This document shows, one piece after another, positions 11,327 through 22,143 of a stretch of DNA of 64,000 nt. The DNA is taken from contig NKIB01012514.1 of the NCBI GenBank assembly GCA_002256025.1, forward strand, positions 1 to 64,000, written 5' to 3'. The notes under the pieces are model-generated. The model saw only the letters and a list, made by a program, of their open reading frames with translations. It searched no databases and was not told where the DNA came from. Numbering within the stretch: the first letter of the stretch is position 1; each line of letters opens with the position of its first letter. The position numbers and the translations under genes were made by a program. The stretch comes from Asterionella formosa. Lineage: Eukaryota.

Positions 11327-11980
11327 ATGACTCTAGTTCCTGTTGCTCTCCTCGTCGTTGTTGTTGAATTATTCATAGTTGTGCCCGCCATTGCATGGCA
11401 ATCCTCCAAGGACGCCTCGAACCGTCGAAAGCTGATCTTGGCAACTCCTGCCGCTTTGTTACTGCCCGTAGTAGTGTCGTCCGCTGTGGCTCAGCCAGTC
11501 GAATTCTCCAGTATTGGGACCCAGGCGCCACTTCCGGTTGGAGAAACAAACTCCTTCGTCACTCTTTCCAATGGTGTCCAGATCAAAGACTTTCGACTGT
11601 CAATGTCTCCAGACGCACCCACAGTAGGGCCAGCGTCGCGAATATCTATTCAGTGCACTGGTCGATTATTGAATCTGAACGGAATCATTTTTTATTCTAC
11701 CAAGAACAACAACGTTGATGGGTTCGGGCCCGAACCATTGACTGTAACTCTTGGAAGGAACGAACTCTTGCCCGGCCTTGAGTCTGGGATAATTGGTATG
11801 AAAAAAGGGGGGATACGACGAATCATTGTGCCTGCTGATTTAGCATATTCCAAATTTCCTAACCTGGAACCACAGCCAACAAGTGTGCTTGACCAGCGTG
11901 CGTTAGATAGTGTTGTGAAAAATCCACGACGAGATGCTACTATTTTGTTTGATGTGAGTGTGGAGAGAGTGAAGTTCTAA
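11327..11980 (+). CDS. FKBP-type peptidyl-prolyl isomerase, predicted thylakoid lumen
   Basis: LPGLESGIIGMKKGGIRRIIVPADLAY and ATILFDV are FKBP motifs. Tripartite presequence: signal peptide AIA-W, then RRKL + hydrophobic stretch + AVA. Confidence 0.9.
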   Translation: MTLVPVALLVVVVELFIVVPAIAWQSSKDASNRRKLILATPAALLLPVVVSSAVAQPVEFSSIGTQAPLPVGETNSFVTLSNGVQIKDFRLSMSPDAPTVGPASRISIQCTGRLLNLNGIIFYSTKNNNVDGFGPEPLTVTLGRNELLPGLESGIIGMKKGGIRRIIVPADLAYSKFPNLEPQPTSVLDQRALDSVVKNPRRDATILFDVSVERVKF

Positions 11981-12163
11981 ATCACCCATAGTATCCCAGG
12001 GAAGCTACCCGATACCAGTATAGTTTTATTTGTGGCTAATATTTAAATATAATTGCTATTCATTTCATATCATTACACGGTAATTTGTATTGTCCTCCCG
12101 ACATTACCTAGACCTAGGTTCTATACCAGAGACTATGCATAGCGTACACACAATTCTACTCAT

Positions 12164-13186
12164 TTACAGCCTATCCAGCTCAACTGTGGCATCCCAATAA
12201 TTCCATCCATATGTGGTTCCTAGTTCCATTGGGTCTCGGTTACTGAACCTCATGTCTCGAGAAAGGACACTCACTGGCCAACTGGGTTTCAACATGTTGG
12301 CTTGTTGGTCATATTCCAATCGCCACACCAAACGAACACAATTTTCTATCTCACACCGTTTCATGTACTCATCTTGTTTGATCCCTTGGAGAAAGGCTCG
12401 ATCATTACAGTATTGGCCAAAGTTGGTCACATTCATATCCTCTTCCTCATTGTTGTTGTTGGGTACAAAGTATCGTGCAAACGATGGTTCGTTGTTGGTG
12501 GGTATAATGATAATTTTATTTTCTTCCTCATTATAATAGACATCATGACCAGCAATAGTAGTACTAGTGGTCTTAGTAGTATCTATTGTTGTTGATGATG
12601 ATGTTCCTTGTACTGGCAAGGCCGGAGATGCTGCTGCTACGAATGCTTGTTCCATAGTCATGAGTTGTCGATTGAAAAAGACTGGTGCATCCATTGACGT
12701 AATGGCGAATCCCACAGTCTTGTCTCCAATGTCATTGTAGGCAAATGTCCCCTTGGCATATCCAACCAATAAGGACATGGCTGGTATAATTGCTTCTTGT
12801 ACATTTTCACTTATTCTTGCAAATAAGCCCAATGAACCAGGGACAATGGTTGATTCTGCAATTGACAATATCAATCCAAGTTCTAGTAATTCAAGACTAC
12901 ATAATAGTTCGTTGTTGTCATTGAAGGTTGTTGTACTTGTATCTCCATAAGAAAACGTTGGGCCAGAAAAGGTTTCAATACTGAAATTGTGAGCGTCAGA
13001 ATCTCCTTCTTCACTAAGGGGCTGTTGTTGCTGTAGAATGTAGTTATGCCTTCCGGTAGGTCGGAAAGTATGACTAGCAGGAGAGATGAATGCGTTGATG
13101 TTGACAGCACGCATCAAGCATGGTGATACTATGACGAGGAGGAGGAGGGGAGATGAGAATAAGGCGCCAGTATTCGGCATCAGCAT
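12164..13186 (-). CDS. Hypothetical protein with divergent SET-domain-like motifs, predicted plastid-targeted
   Basis: Long ORF; ATG at 13186 gives a signal peptide ending INA-FISP. Motifs ESTIVPGSLGLFA, GQYCND and ELGTTYGWNYW occur in SET-domain order. Confidence 0.65.
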   Translation of the reverse strand: MLMPNTGALFSSPLLLLVIVSPCLMRAVNINAFISPASHTFRPTGRHNYILQQQQPLSEEGDSDAHNFSIETFSGPTFSYGDTSTTTFNDNNELLCSLELLELGLILSIAESTIVPGSLGLFARISENVQEAIIPAMSLLVGYAKGTFAYNDIGDKTVGFAITSMDAPVFFNRQLMTMEQAFVAAASPALPVQGTSSSTTIDTTKTTSTTIAGHDVYYNEEENKIIIIPTNNEPSFARYFVPNNNNEEEDMNVTNFGQYCNDRAFLQGIKQDEYMKRCEIENCVRLVWRLEYDQQANMLKPSWPVSVLSRDMRFSNRDPMELGTTYGWNYWDATVELDRL

Positions 13187-14033
13187 TCTCAAGAAAATAT
13201 AGTGTAAAATAAAATGAAGAAAGACGAACAAGGAAATTTATGTAGATTGTGATGGTGATATCAACCAAGCTGTTACTCACCACAGTACCTGGTACCTGGT
13301 ACCTGGTACCGGTAACTGAGGCTAGTAGTCCCTTGGACCAGGTACTCTGAACAGTACATACCAGTAGTCTACATCATAAAATTCATTTCTTATCGAGGAA
13401 TTTACCGGTACACCGGTATACTGTCTGTGAGCAAACGAAGGTGTAGTACGCACGGCAGGTCGGAGGAGCTCCCACGGACCAAGAAATCCCGCTAGTGGTT
13501 GGTCGAAGGGGGAGAGTTGTGGAAAAGACGGTTTTTACAAAGCAAAAGGGAAACGCAGCTAAATTTCTCATTTAACGCAACTTGCCCTATGTGTACAGTA
13601 GACAAGCAGTAATAGGTGGGTACTCCTGGCTGTGGACAGCATTCAATGAATGAAAAGGTTCTGAGCCATGTAGCTTGCGCACTTACGACGTCCTACTACG
13701 GTCGGTATTCCTGAGTCCCTGATACCCCTGGTTTCACGTGTTAGTTTACCGGTAGGATAACATCATCTGCAATGTTATGTATATAATTTCGGTATATATA
13801 ACAAATAGGATGACATTGATATGATACCCCTGATATCAGGGTGTACTCAGCCGGTACGTATAGGGTGTGTTCATAAGTCGGTATAATAAAAAGGCAGTAT
13901 TATGGTAGGCTTGCAACGATTGCTTCGTGTCGTACTCCATCAACAACACATTCTATCATCATTGTGTTTGCTTTCCTTCATTCCTGTAATCGTGTCCTGT
14001 ATTTGAAACTAGCCATAGATCAACACCATCATC

Positions 14034-15926
14034 ATGATGCAACGACAGCAGCAGCAGGACGAGGACGAATCGTCGTCGCTGTTGTTTCTGAATCGCAAGC
14101 TAACCATTGACGAAGTGTCCGCACTTCGGAGCCTTTTGCAAACAGAACTCCCTTCCCTTGTGGAAGATGCAGAAGACATTACGGACTTGCTAGATTATAC
14201 CTTTGCCATGATTTCCAATAGCAAATCTGTCCCATATATGGAAGGCGAACTGAAAGAATTGTGTTCAGAAGATGCTGCCAAGCGCATCGGAGAGATTCTC
14301 TTGAGCTACTTTCGTACCATTGAATCTGTCGCCAGTACCACCGGGACTTCTGATACTACTAATGACACTGCTACTGCTGCCACAACTACAACTTCTTCCT
14401 CTACTACCTCTACTAAGTTACCTCTTAAAAAAACCATCAAGGCGTCTGGTGAGGCATTGGGAAATGCACTAACGACATCTGGTGCTTTGGGGTCTTCGAG
14501 GATTGGAAAGGGCAACAAACTCAACAACAACAATACCAAGCCAGAAGTCAACAAGGTCAACTCCAATACTCTTACTTCTACTACTACTGCTATTACTACC
14601 AGTAGTAGTAGTAACAATAGCAGTAAGCAAAAAAGAAAGGAACCATTGTCATTGGACAAAGAGCACACAAATACCGTTACCTCAACTAGTACTACGTTTA
14701 CTGCGCAAAAATCAATGACAGGACGTGGTGGAGAACGCAAACGAGACAACAACAATTTAAGAGGAGGTAAAGGTGGAAATGAAAGAGGCACTTCAAATAG
14801 AGGAGGTCGGGCTGATTTTGACAAGCGGGCTGGACGTTCTGTTACTACTACTTCCACTACTACTACTCCTGGGAGAACAGGGTTAGCTATGGAACGATTG
14901 ACAGATCCAGAAACGAGGCAACGACGTGAAGGAAATCGTGGAGGAGATGGAAGAGGTCGGGGGACAGGAAGGGGCCACGATGATGACCGCAGAGCCAGAG
15001 GAATCAACCAAAGGGGTGGAGGGAGAGATGATGCCATGGGACGTGGACGGATTTCAGGTCATCGGCGTGTGAGAAATGACATGGATGAAGAAGATTTCAT
15101 TCAAGCTCCTCGTCCTCCTGCTGCTCGTGGCGGAGGACGGGAGGGGAGATCCTTCCATGATGGAAGAGGGAGAATGCTTGGTGACGCAAGAGGAGGGCGA
15201 GGAGCAAATCGTGATGCAGGAGGGAGGTTTGGTAGAGGAGATCGTCCTCCTGTTCCTCCGGAAAACAAACGCCAGCGCATAGAAGGAGAGAGAGAATGGA
15301 ATGAAGGTCATGGAGGTTGGCAAGATGGAGGAGGTTATGAGGAGTCATACATGACTCATGGAGGTTACGGTGGAGGCTACGATGAAGGATACGGTGTTTA
15401 CGACGATGGATATGGTGGTTATGGAGGATACCATGATGGATATGGGTACGGAGGCTATAACGATGGATGGTATGGTGGTCAAGGACGTGGTCGTGGTCGT
15501 GCTGGACGATTCGGACGAGGCCGTACCGATGGTCGCATGGGACGTGGCGGCGGTCGCTTTGGTCGTGGAGGAAATGCGGATGATGCTGCTCCTGTTGATG
15601 CTGGTGCTACTTCCGAGCAGCTACATGCTACTATTGAAGGAGTTCCTGGATCTGGAGCAGACGGTCACGAAGGCAACCATGGAGCAGCTTTCGAGAATGG
15701 GACATTGGCTGGCGCAGCTGCTGGTCACCCATCTCCCATGGTCGCTGCTGCTTTTGGTGGACGAGGACGAGGAGGTAGATTTTCTGGCCGTGGTGGTCGC
15801 GGGGGATACAGGGCGCAAGTTCACACAATGATTGCATCCAAGTCGTGGGTTCGACCAAAGCCTGACAAGGATGGGGCAGGTGGCGAAGGTTCTGGAGCTG
15901 GAGGACTACCAGCTGCCGAAGGTTAA
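14034..15926 (+). CDS. RGG/YGG-rich putative RNA-binding protein with small N-terminal helical (PWI-like) domain
   Basis: 630-aa ORF with an N-terminal helical segment (DLLDYTFAMISNSKSVPYMEGELKEL...IGEIL), a Thr/Ser linker, many RGG/GRG boxes and a YGGYD-rich block. Confidence 0.75.
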   Translation: MMQRQQQQDEDESSSLLFLNRKLTIDEVSALRSLLQTELPSLVEDAEDITDLLDYTFAMISNSKSVPYMEGELKELCSEDAAKRIGEILLSYFRTIESVASTTGTSDTTNDTATAATTTTSSSTTSTKLPLKKTIKASGEALGNALTTSGALGSSRIGKGNKLNNNNTKPEVNKVNSNTLTSTTTAITTSSSSNNSSKQKRKEPLSLDKEHTNTVTSTSTTFTAQKSMTGRGGERKRDNNNLRGGKGGNERGTSNRGGRADFDKRAGRSVTTTSTTTTPGRTGLAMERLTDPETRQRREGNRGGDGRGRGTGRGHDDDRRARGINQRGGGRDDAMGRGRISGHRRVRNDMDEEDFIQAPRPPAARGGGREGRSFHDGRGRMLGDARGGRGANRDAGGRFGRGDRPPVPPENKRQRIEGEREWNEGHGGWQDGGGYEESYMTHGGYGGGYDEGYGVYDDGYGGYGGYHDGYGYGGYNDGWYGGQGRGRGRAGRFGRGRTDGRMGRGGGRFGRGGNADDAAPVDAGATSEQLHATIEGVPGSGADGHEGNHGAAFENGTLAGAAAGHPSPMVAAAFGGRGRGGRFSGRGGRGGYRAQVHTMIASKSWVRPKPDKDGAGGEGSGAGGLPAAEG

Positions 15927-16656
15927 TAGATGAAATTGTGATTCTCAATTTACTTGAAAGTGTTTTGGGGGGCAAGGCATCGCTCTCAATTACGACTCAT
16001 ACATACTTATCTATATGTACTTACCATGTGAAGGTTAAATCAGAAAAGCAGTTTCATCATGAAAAGAAGGAAGTACTTTAAAAAAAGAAATCAGAAAAGA
16101 AAAAAATAAATCAATCAAAATAACAACGATGAACAAAAAAAACAGAAAGAAAAACCTTCATTAAAAGAGACCACAGGTCCAATCACCGGCAGTTTAAGGA
16201 AACGAGTGCTCACTTTGAGTGCCACTGCCCAATGCGATTGTAGAATACAGTATGAAATACACTTGGTGTTTGTCCCAGCCAACCGAGGGACGACGACCTC
16301 CTTATAGGAGCAGCTATTATTTGTTACCTGACCTACTGCTTCTCTTGCGGGGTCTGGTTTTGAAAATGTTGAATCAACATGCATTCGTTAGGAACACATT
16401 CCAAGGCCAGGGAGAGCATCTATAGTCCTGTGGCGCCTTAATACCTTCCCTCACTAAACAAGTCGCGTCTCTCATTTTTCTCGACAATTTATGTATCCTA
16501 ATGGTGTTGAATTTCCAAACAGTGCATGATGTGTCATTTGATGCTTTTATACTCTCTACACTGTAGTTGTATGTCATTAGAAAGGGCAAGAAGGAAATGT
16601 ATTTTGCTTCAGACTACGATGAATTATTTACAAATATTACATTACATGTGTATATA

Positions 16657-17943
16657 TTATTCAGCCTGAATATCCTTAATTCCATGGACAACTATTGGCA
16701 ACAATAGAGGAACAATTTCTTGAACTCCTTTTGGATTTCCTGGTAGATTGACAATCATTGTTTTATCCCGAATGCCTGCCACTCCACGTGACAATGATGA
16801 CAATGGTTGAGTCCGACTGCATTCTGTTGTAATGAAAGACAATAGGCCAGGCAATGGTCGGTCCACAATACTGGCTGTTGCTTCTGGTGTTACGTCCCGT
16901 TTGGAGAATCCTGTTCCACCTGTTGTTAACACAAGATGTATACCTTGATTGGCATAGTCCATCAACTTGGTTTGAATAGCATCCATAGTGTCAGGAACAA
17001 TTGTTCGATCCACGATTGTACAACAAACTCGTATAGTAGCACTAGCAGTCATGACTGCTTCTTCTGCGGCTGGACCAGATAAATCTCCAGTTTCATATTG
17101 ATTAGTAAAGGCTCGATCACTAATGGTAAGAATGGCACAAGTAAAGTTAACTCCACCTTTTGGTGGTGGCGGAGGTGAGAAGGGTGGAAGGGTTCGAGTG
17201 GATCTTGTTGTAGATAAAGTGGCAGTAGTGGTACTACTAGGTGCGATACCAAAAGTAGGAGCAGAAACTGAAACGTCGTCTACATCTTGACAACAAACAT
17301 TTGAAAGGAGCGATGATGAAGGTGGTTGGCTGGGGCAGGTTGTTTCTGCTGAAGTAGCAGATGTAGTAGGAGCAGAAGTAGAAGAAGTAGTAGCACTAGT
17401 AGCAGTCATGTTGGTGCGTTTCATCAAAATGGCATCATCATGAAGCGCATGCAAAGGTTTGCTCAACTCATATCGCTCCATTTGTTCCTTGGATGCCTTG
17501 CTGGAGTGAGCTATCTTCCAATCTGCATAGTTGCATCCGTACACATATTGCGCAGCTTCATCATAGCCCATGGCATCAAGGCTTTGTAGTATGTTGTTGT
17601 GGTTGTTCCTGTCAACGACATCCAGAGCAGTACTATTGGTTTGCAGTTGCACTGATAATCGCCTGGCTTCAAGGACCATCCACTGCAATGACACAAGCTG
17701 TAAGTCTCATTTAGTAGCACAACACTTACTACTTATAGTACTTCTTTGTCTCACCTTGGCAAGACAATTTCTACAAAATCCCGATACCGTCATGAGGTCA
17801 ATATTTGGAACAGAATCAGAACGTTCGTTCAAATGTGCACACAACGATCGAAACGCAGCAGCCTCTAATTGCTGTGTCACGGATGGTGGCAAGTGTTCGT
17901 CGACATAGTGGCTGCTGAGGCTGGGGCTGCTGGGGCTGGTCAT
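16657..17943 (-). CDS. DUF1244-MogA/Cnx1G (molybdopterin adenylyltransferase) fusion protein; exons 17755-17943 and 16657-17682, 404 aa
   Basis: Exon 1 encodes LEAAAFRSLCAHLNERSDSVPNIDLMTVSGFCRNCLAK. A 72-nt phase-0 GTGAG...TTGCAG intron (17683-17754) joins it to WMVLEARR...YVYGCNYADWK, completing DUF1244. The C-terminal domain has ILTISDR, DLSGP, LTTGGTGFSKRDVTPEAT, SRGVAGIR and NLPGNP (MogA/MoaB family). Confidence 0.85.
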
Positions 17944-20059
17944 GATGCTATAAAACCACTTGCTGATGGTATGATTGAACAGCAGTGGAGTGTTGCTTTG
18001 GACGGCGATTTCTTTTTGTTTTGCATGGAGGCGATGAGAACACATAATTAACAAGCGTAAGTCCGTACCATCACCTATAATAGTGTGTATGTACATCTCA
18101 TATCGACAGGATCAAGCATCATGTTTCCCTAACCCTAATAATGCAGATGGCGAGAGGAGGAGCAATGCGAGCAATTATGCATAATAGACTGGAGTACATT
18201 TGATACAATAAATTATGAAATTGTCATCAGCATTCAAAGGTTGCTTGCATGTGTGGTGGACTGGTGGGGAGTTGTGGTAAAGACGCACTTTGGGGAAAAC
18301 ATAGCTTAATTTCCTGTTTACCACAACTTGCTTGCTCTGGTCACTGTGCATATTCGGATCATGGGGTTCCAGAGTAATATGTGTTTGTCATTCATAGGAC
18401 ATGCTCATTTCTAGTATATCAACAGATCCCCTGCCAGTATTATCAAGGGTATAGACCATGGAATGGGTCAAGGGTGTGAGGGTGGAATTATCAACAGAGC
18501 CAAAGTCATACTAGTATTTACCATGAAGAAACAAGGTTGAAACAAAAGTGGAGAAAGGAAGAGACATCATGTTGCTGTTGGTGGTGGTTGTAATGGAGAT
18601 TGCAGAAACCGGAGTGCTAGTAATAGCTAGCAGGAGTCCTTTTCATAGCAGGTGTGCAGCCTCTATGAGTCTGTGATATCAAAACAAAGCTGAAAGCGGT
18701 GTTGGTTGCAGTATAAGTATGCATCATTGGCATTGGAAGTAGCAGTCGTAATGATGTCATCAGATGAACAAAGGCCATGATTGGTGCAATGGCTGGCTGT
18801 GGACATGGAAGGACCAAATCAGAACTGATTGCTGTGAGGACTCTGGGTTTCTCTTCTTGTGACTGCTGAACAAGCTGGGAGTAACAATAGCAGCTTCCTG
18901 GTGAGGCGTGATTGCATCTTTTGCAAAGTGTTTGTGGGTTGGAGTCAGTGACATCATTTGAGATGGAATCAAGTCAGATTATATTGTGTCTGACAAACAG
19001 TCTACTAAATCTCATGAGGAAATTGAACACACAAAGTATTTGTGGGATGGAGTCAGTGACATTATCATTGGAATGGAATAGAGGCAAACGAACAAGAAAA
19101 AGTGGTAGAGTTCCGCTTAGCAAAGTATTTGAAACTAAAATTTTTGTGTAGAATAACTGTTGCTGTCCTGGCACCTATCATACCTATAGAAAATTTACAT
19201 CTTGGAGTACATCTTATTGTAGTCTCTGCTACTGTCACAGGTATGAATACCAGGAGTGTACATCATACATACAAATAAGAAAATATACTCCTACTTTATA
19301 AATACCCTTGATTGTATACCGGTTATGGTAAGCAAGAGGAGAGTATGCTTCGAAATGGAATGTGGCATCTGAATTGGTGATTCTCTCCCACAATAGCTAT
19401 AGTGAAATTATTGTAAAGTGGTACTCCCCCTGTCTAATAACAGTTGCATCGATAATTCAAATTTATCCAGGGCCATTTTGACTCCTAGGATTTTCTCCGG
19501 CTCAATAGCCCCACGGTGCAGCTTGCTCTAAGCTACGGATCCATGTATATATTATATACAGAAAGATTAAAATTGGCAATTACATTTGAAAAAAACGGTT
19601 TTCGGCTTTTTCGACTTCCACTTTTGCTCATCTCAAGCGAAATGCAGATGCCTGACCCCCCTTTTTTCTTGCCATCACCTCTTCTCAACAAGCACATGAG
19701 AAAGCATCTAACACCAGAAGAACTTCAAATTGTGTGGGATTATGGTTAACGGAACCTCCAAAAAGGACCTGATGGAGGGGACGAAATAGATGGTCACCCC
19801 CATTTTAGTGCATGGAACAGTTAAATTTTTGGTACATTAGCAGCTGCTCCTCTTGCCCTTCCCAAGTCAACAGTTTTTGGATTGTTACAAAGAATGACAG
19901 AGAGAATGTAATACCAAGTTCAGTCTAGCCGATGCTTTCGGAGGAGGGTAAGATAAGTTGTTTTATGTAATGTGTTAATCATTTACAATTGAACCATCCA
20001 GATCAAGAACATCCTTCCCCTGATGTTGATTTTGATCCAGGACTGTTTGGTTATTATGA

Positions 20060-20850
20060 TGGCTTTTATGACCAGGTCCATATAGATGAAAAGTGGTTCT
20101 TTTTTTTTCAGAAGGAAAAATGAAAATATATCTGGCTCATGGAGAAGAGGCGGCTCCCACAAGACGGACGAAACATAACAAGGAACATATCGAAAAGGTA
20201 ATGTTCCTTTCTGCTGCTGTGACACGTCCGCGTTTTGACGACGAAAAAGTGTGTACATTTGATGGTGAAATTGGAATTTGGCCATTCGTGCACCAACTAG
20301 CAGCGCAAAGAAGTTCAATTTATCGACCAGCAGGGACAATGGAAACAAAGTCACTCCCAGTGACAAAACAGCAGTCATATGCTAACATGATTGTTGATAA
20401 TGTTTTACCTATGATCAAAGCCAAGTGGCCTGATATAAAAACGAATATACTATCTACAGCACGAAAAAGCTTCAACACATTTTGGTTCCGATTTTGCTCC
20501 CTTTGTAGGAGCTGCTGCAACAGATAAAGAATGGGATATTCGATTGACTAAGCAACCAGCGAACAGTCCGGATTTTAATATCAACGATCTATTTTTTTAA
20601 GGACATTACAGTCAGGTCAATGGGACTCCGTGGAAGAAGCCCACAACGACGTCGACGGTTTGATAGAGGCAGTGCAGGCAGCATTCGGTTTTACCAACCA
20701 AATTAAATTGTTTTTTCTTAACATTACAGGGTTGCTTGGAAGAGATTATTTTTGTTAATGGCGACAACAATCATCATATACCTCAAATTGGGAAGGCGGC
20801 TCTGGAACGTGCGGGAATTTTACCTGATAGGTTAGCAGATGGGGAGTGAA
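20060..20850 (+). pseudogene. Frameshifted mariner transposase
   Basis: FYDQVHIDEKWFF, KVMFLSAAVTRPRF...FDGEIGIWPFV, RSS..RPAGTMETK and QPANSPDFNINDL are spread over different frames. Limits are approximate. Confidence 0.85.
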
Positions 20851-21094
20851 GGAGCAATTGAGTTGGCCCACACATTTCTGGATGATCTATTTTAACAGTC
20901 ATAGGGTGTAATGATAAGAAGGTTTTCGTCTCTGGTGCCATTTGCATGGCTGCATTGGATCAAAAGACTGGTTGTTAATGGTTCTATATGTATTGAACTT
21001 TATAGTTTCTTTGACAAGTTGGATAACTATAGTTGGATTTTATTTTAACTAGTACACAGCAGTAGGATTATGAATTTCCTCCTTAACAGATTCT

Positions 21095-21537
21095 TCAATT
21101 TTTGACCCTAACGTCAAGAAACATAAAAAGAGCAACTCCAAAACCTCGCATATTCATTCTTCGATTTGTTTGCTCATTAGAATCTTGTAGTAGTTCAATA
21201 ACTAGCTACAGCAGTATGATACTAGACATACTGTGCTGCCTCGACTTGCTTTGTTATGCGTAATCCTCCTTGCAAGATACCCAACTCTGCACATTTGACC
21301 TTCTGTATGGAGATCACAGTCCATGGTCACCTCAATAGCGTCCTCGAGTTCTTGCAGGATCTCGTCCAACACTATACAAAAAGAGAAGAAAACCACAGAG
21401 CCAACCTTTACTACTGTTGATCCGCAACAGTGATGATGGGCACAACTGCAACCATTGTTTCTGGCCATCAAGCCAAGGATCCTCTGACCATCAGGAATGG
21501 GCGCATTGGCAATGTCAACATCCATTTTGACAAACAT
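21095..21537 (-). pseudogene. Second mariner-internal ORF, Cys/His-rich HIRAN-like protein (one frameshift)
   Basis: NNGCSCAHHHCCG...EDAIEV...CRVGYLARR, continuing in another frame as LVIELLQDSNEQTNRRMNMRGFGVALFMFLD to a TGA at 21095-21097. Lies between the mariner TIRs. Confidence 0.55.
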
Positions 21538-22143
21538 GATGATGCAAAATCAACGCATTCGCATCACTTGATATCTATCTACATGTACCCAACATATAAA
21601 TATATGTTAAATTTTTTTCGATTAACTTATTTAGATGCTAAATATTCAATTCCAAAAACAGAGTATGTGTTCATGTTTATGTAACTCATTAAAAACGCAT
21701 TTTTTCGAGTAAGCAAGCCGACCCTCACATCGAAATTTGGTATGTGGCTACATAATCCATCCTATGCAAACAGTAATGACACTGGTGGTGCTGGCGAATC
21801 AATGCAACTGTTATTAGACAGAGTGAGTAGTACTAAAACAGTGTCTATATAATACGCACAACAACAAATAATCATACCAGTATCATATTGTCATAGTAAA
21901 ATAAAAGCGCGCCATTTTTCTAGCAAATCATTATATCCTATGGTCATAACGAAGCAACAGAAGCTCGCTCACACATATCATAAATTATGCTACCGGTACC
22001 AGGTACCTGGTACCAGGGTACCGGTTCCACTACCAGTACCAGTATATTCATTTTCTTCCCTTACCACTACCGGGTATATCATTCATTCATCCATTCATTC
22101 CAAAAGCAAGCACTCACTAACCTCATCATCATTGCCTTACTGA

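Larger units (their letters stand above)
19424..21827 (+). mobile_element. Tc1/mariner element (plant-type, DD39D-like), decayed, ~2.4 kb
   Basis: TIRs CTCCCCCTGTCTAATAACAGTTGCATCGAT (from 19424) and reverse complement CTCACTCTGTCTAATAACAGTTGCATTGAT (ending 21827), 3 mismatches in 30 nt. TA flanks both ends. A transposase remnant lies inside. Confidence 0.9.

Noticed and set aside
13711..13850. Weak inverted repeat with a CCCTGATATCAGGG palindrome
   Set aside because: Arms are short and gapped, and no second copy was seen in the window.
14306..15831. Long overlapping alternative-frame and antisense ORFs
   Set aside because: Shadows of the repetitive RGG gene. The same applies to short ORFs overlapping RecQ, UBR and the carboxypeptidase.
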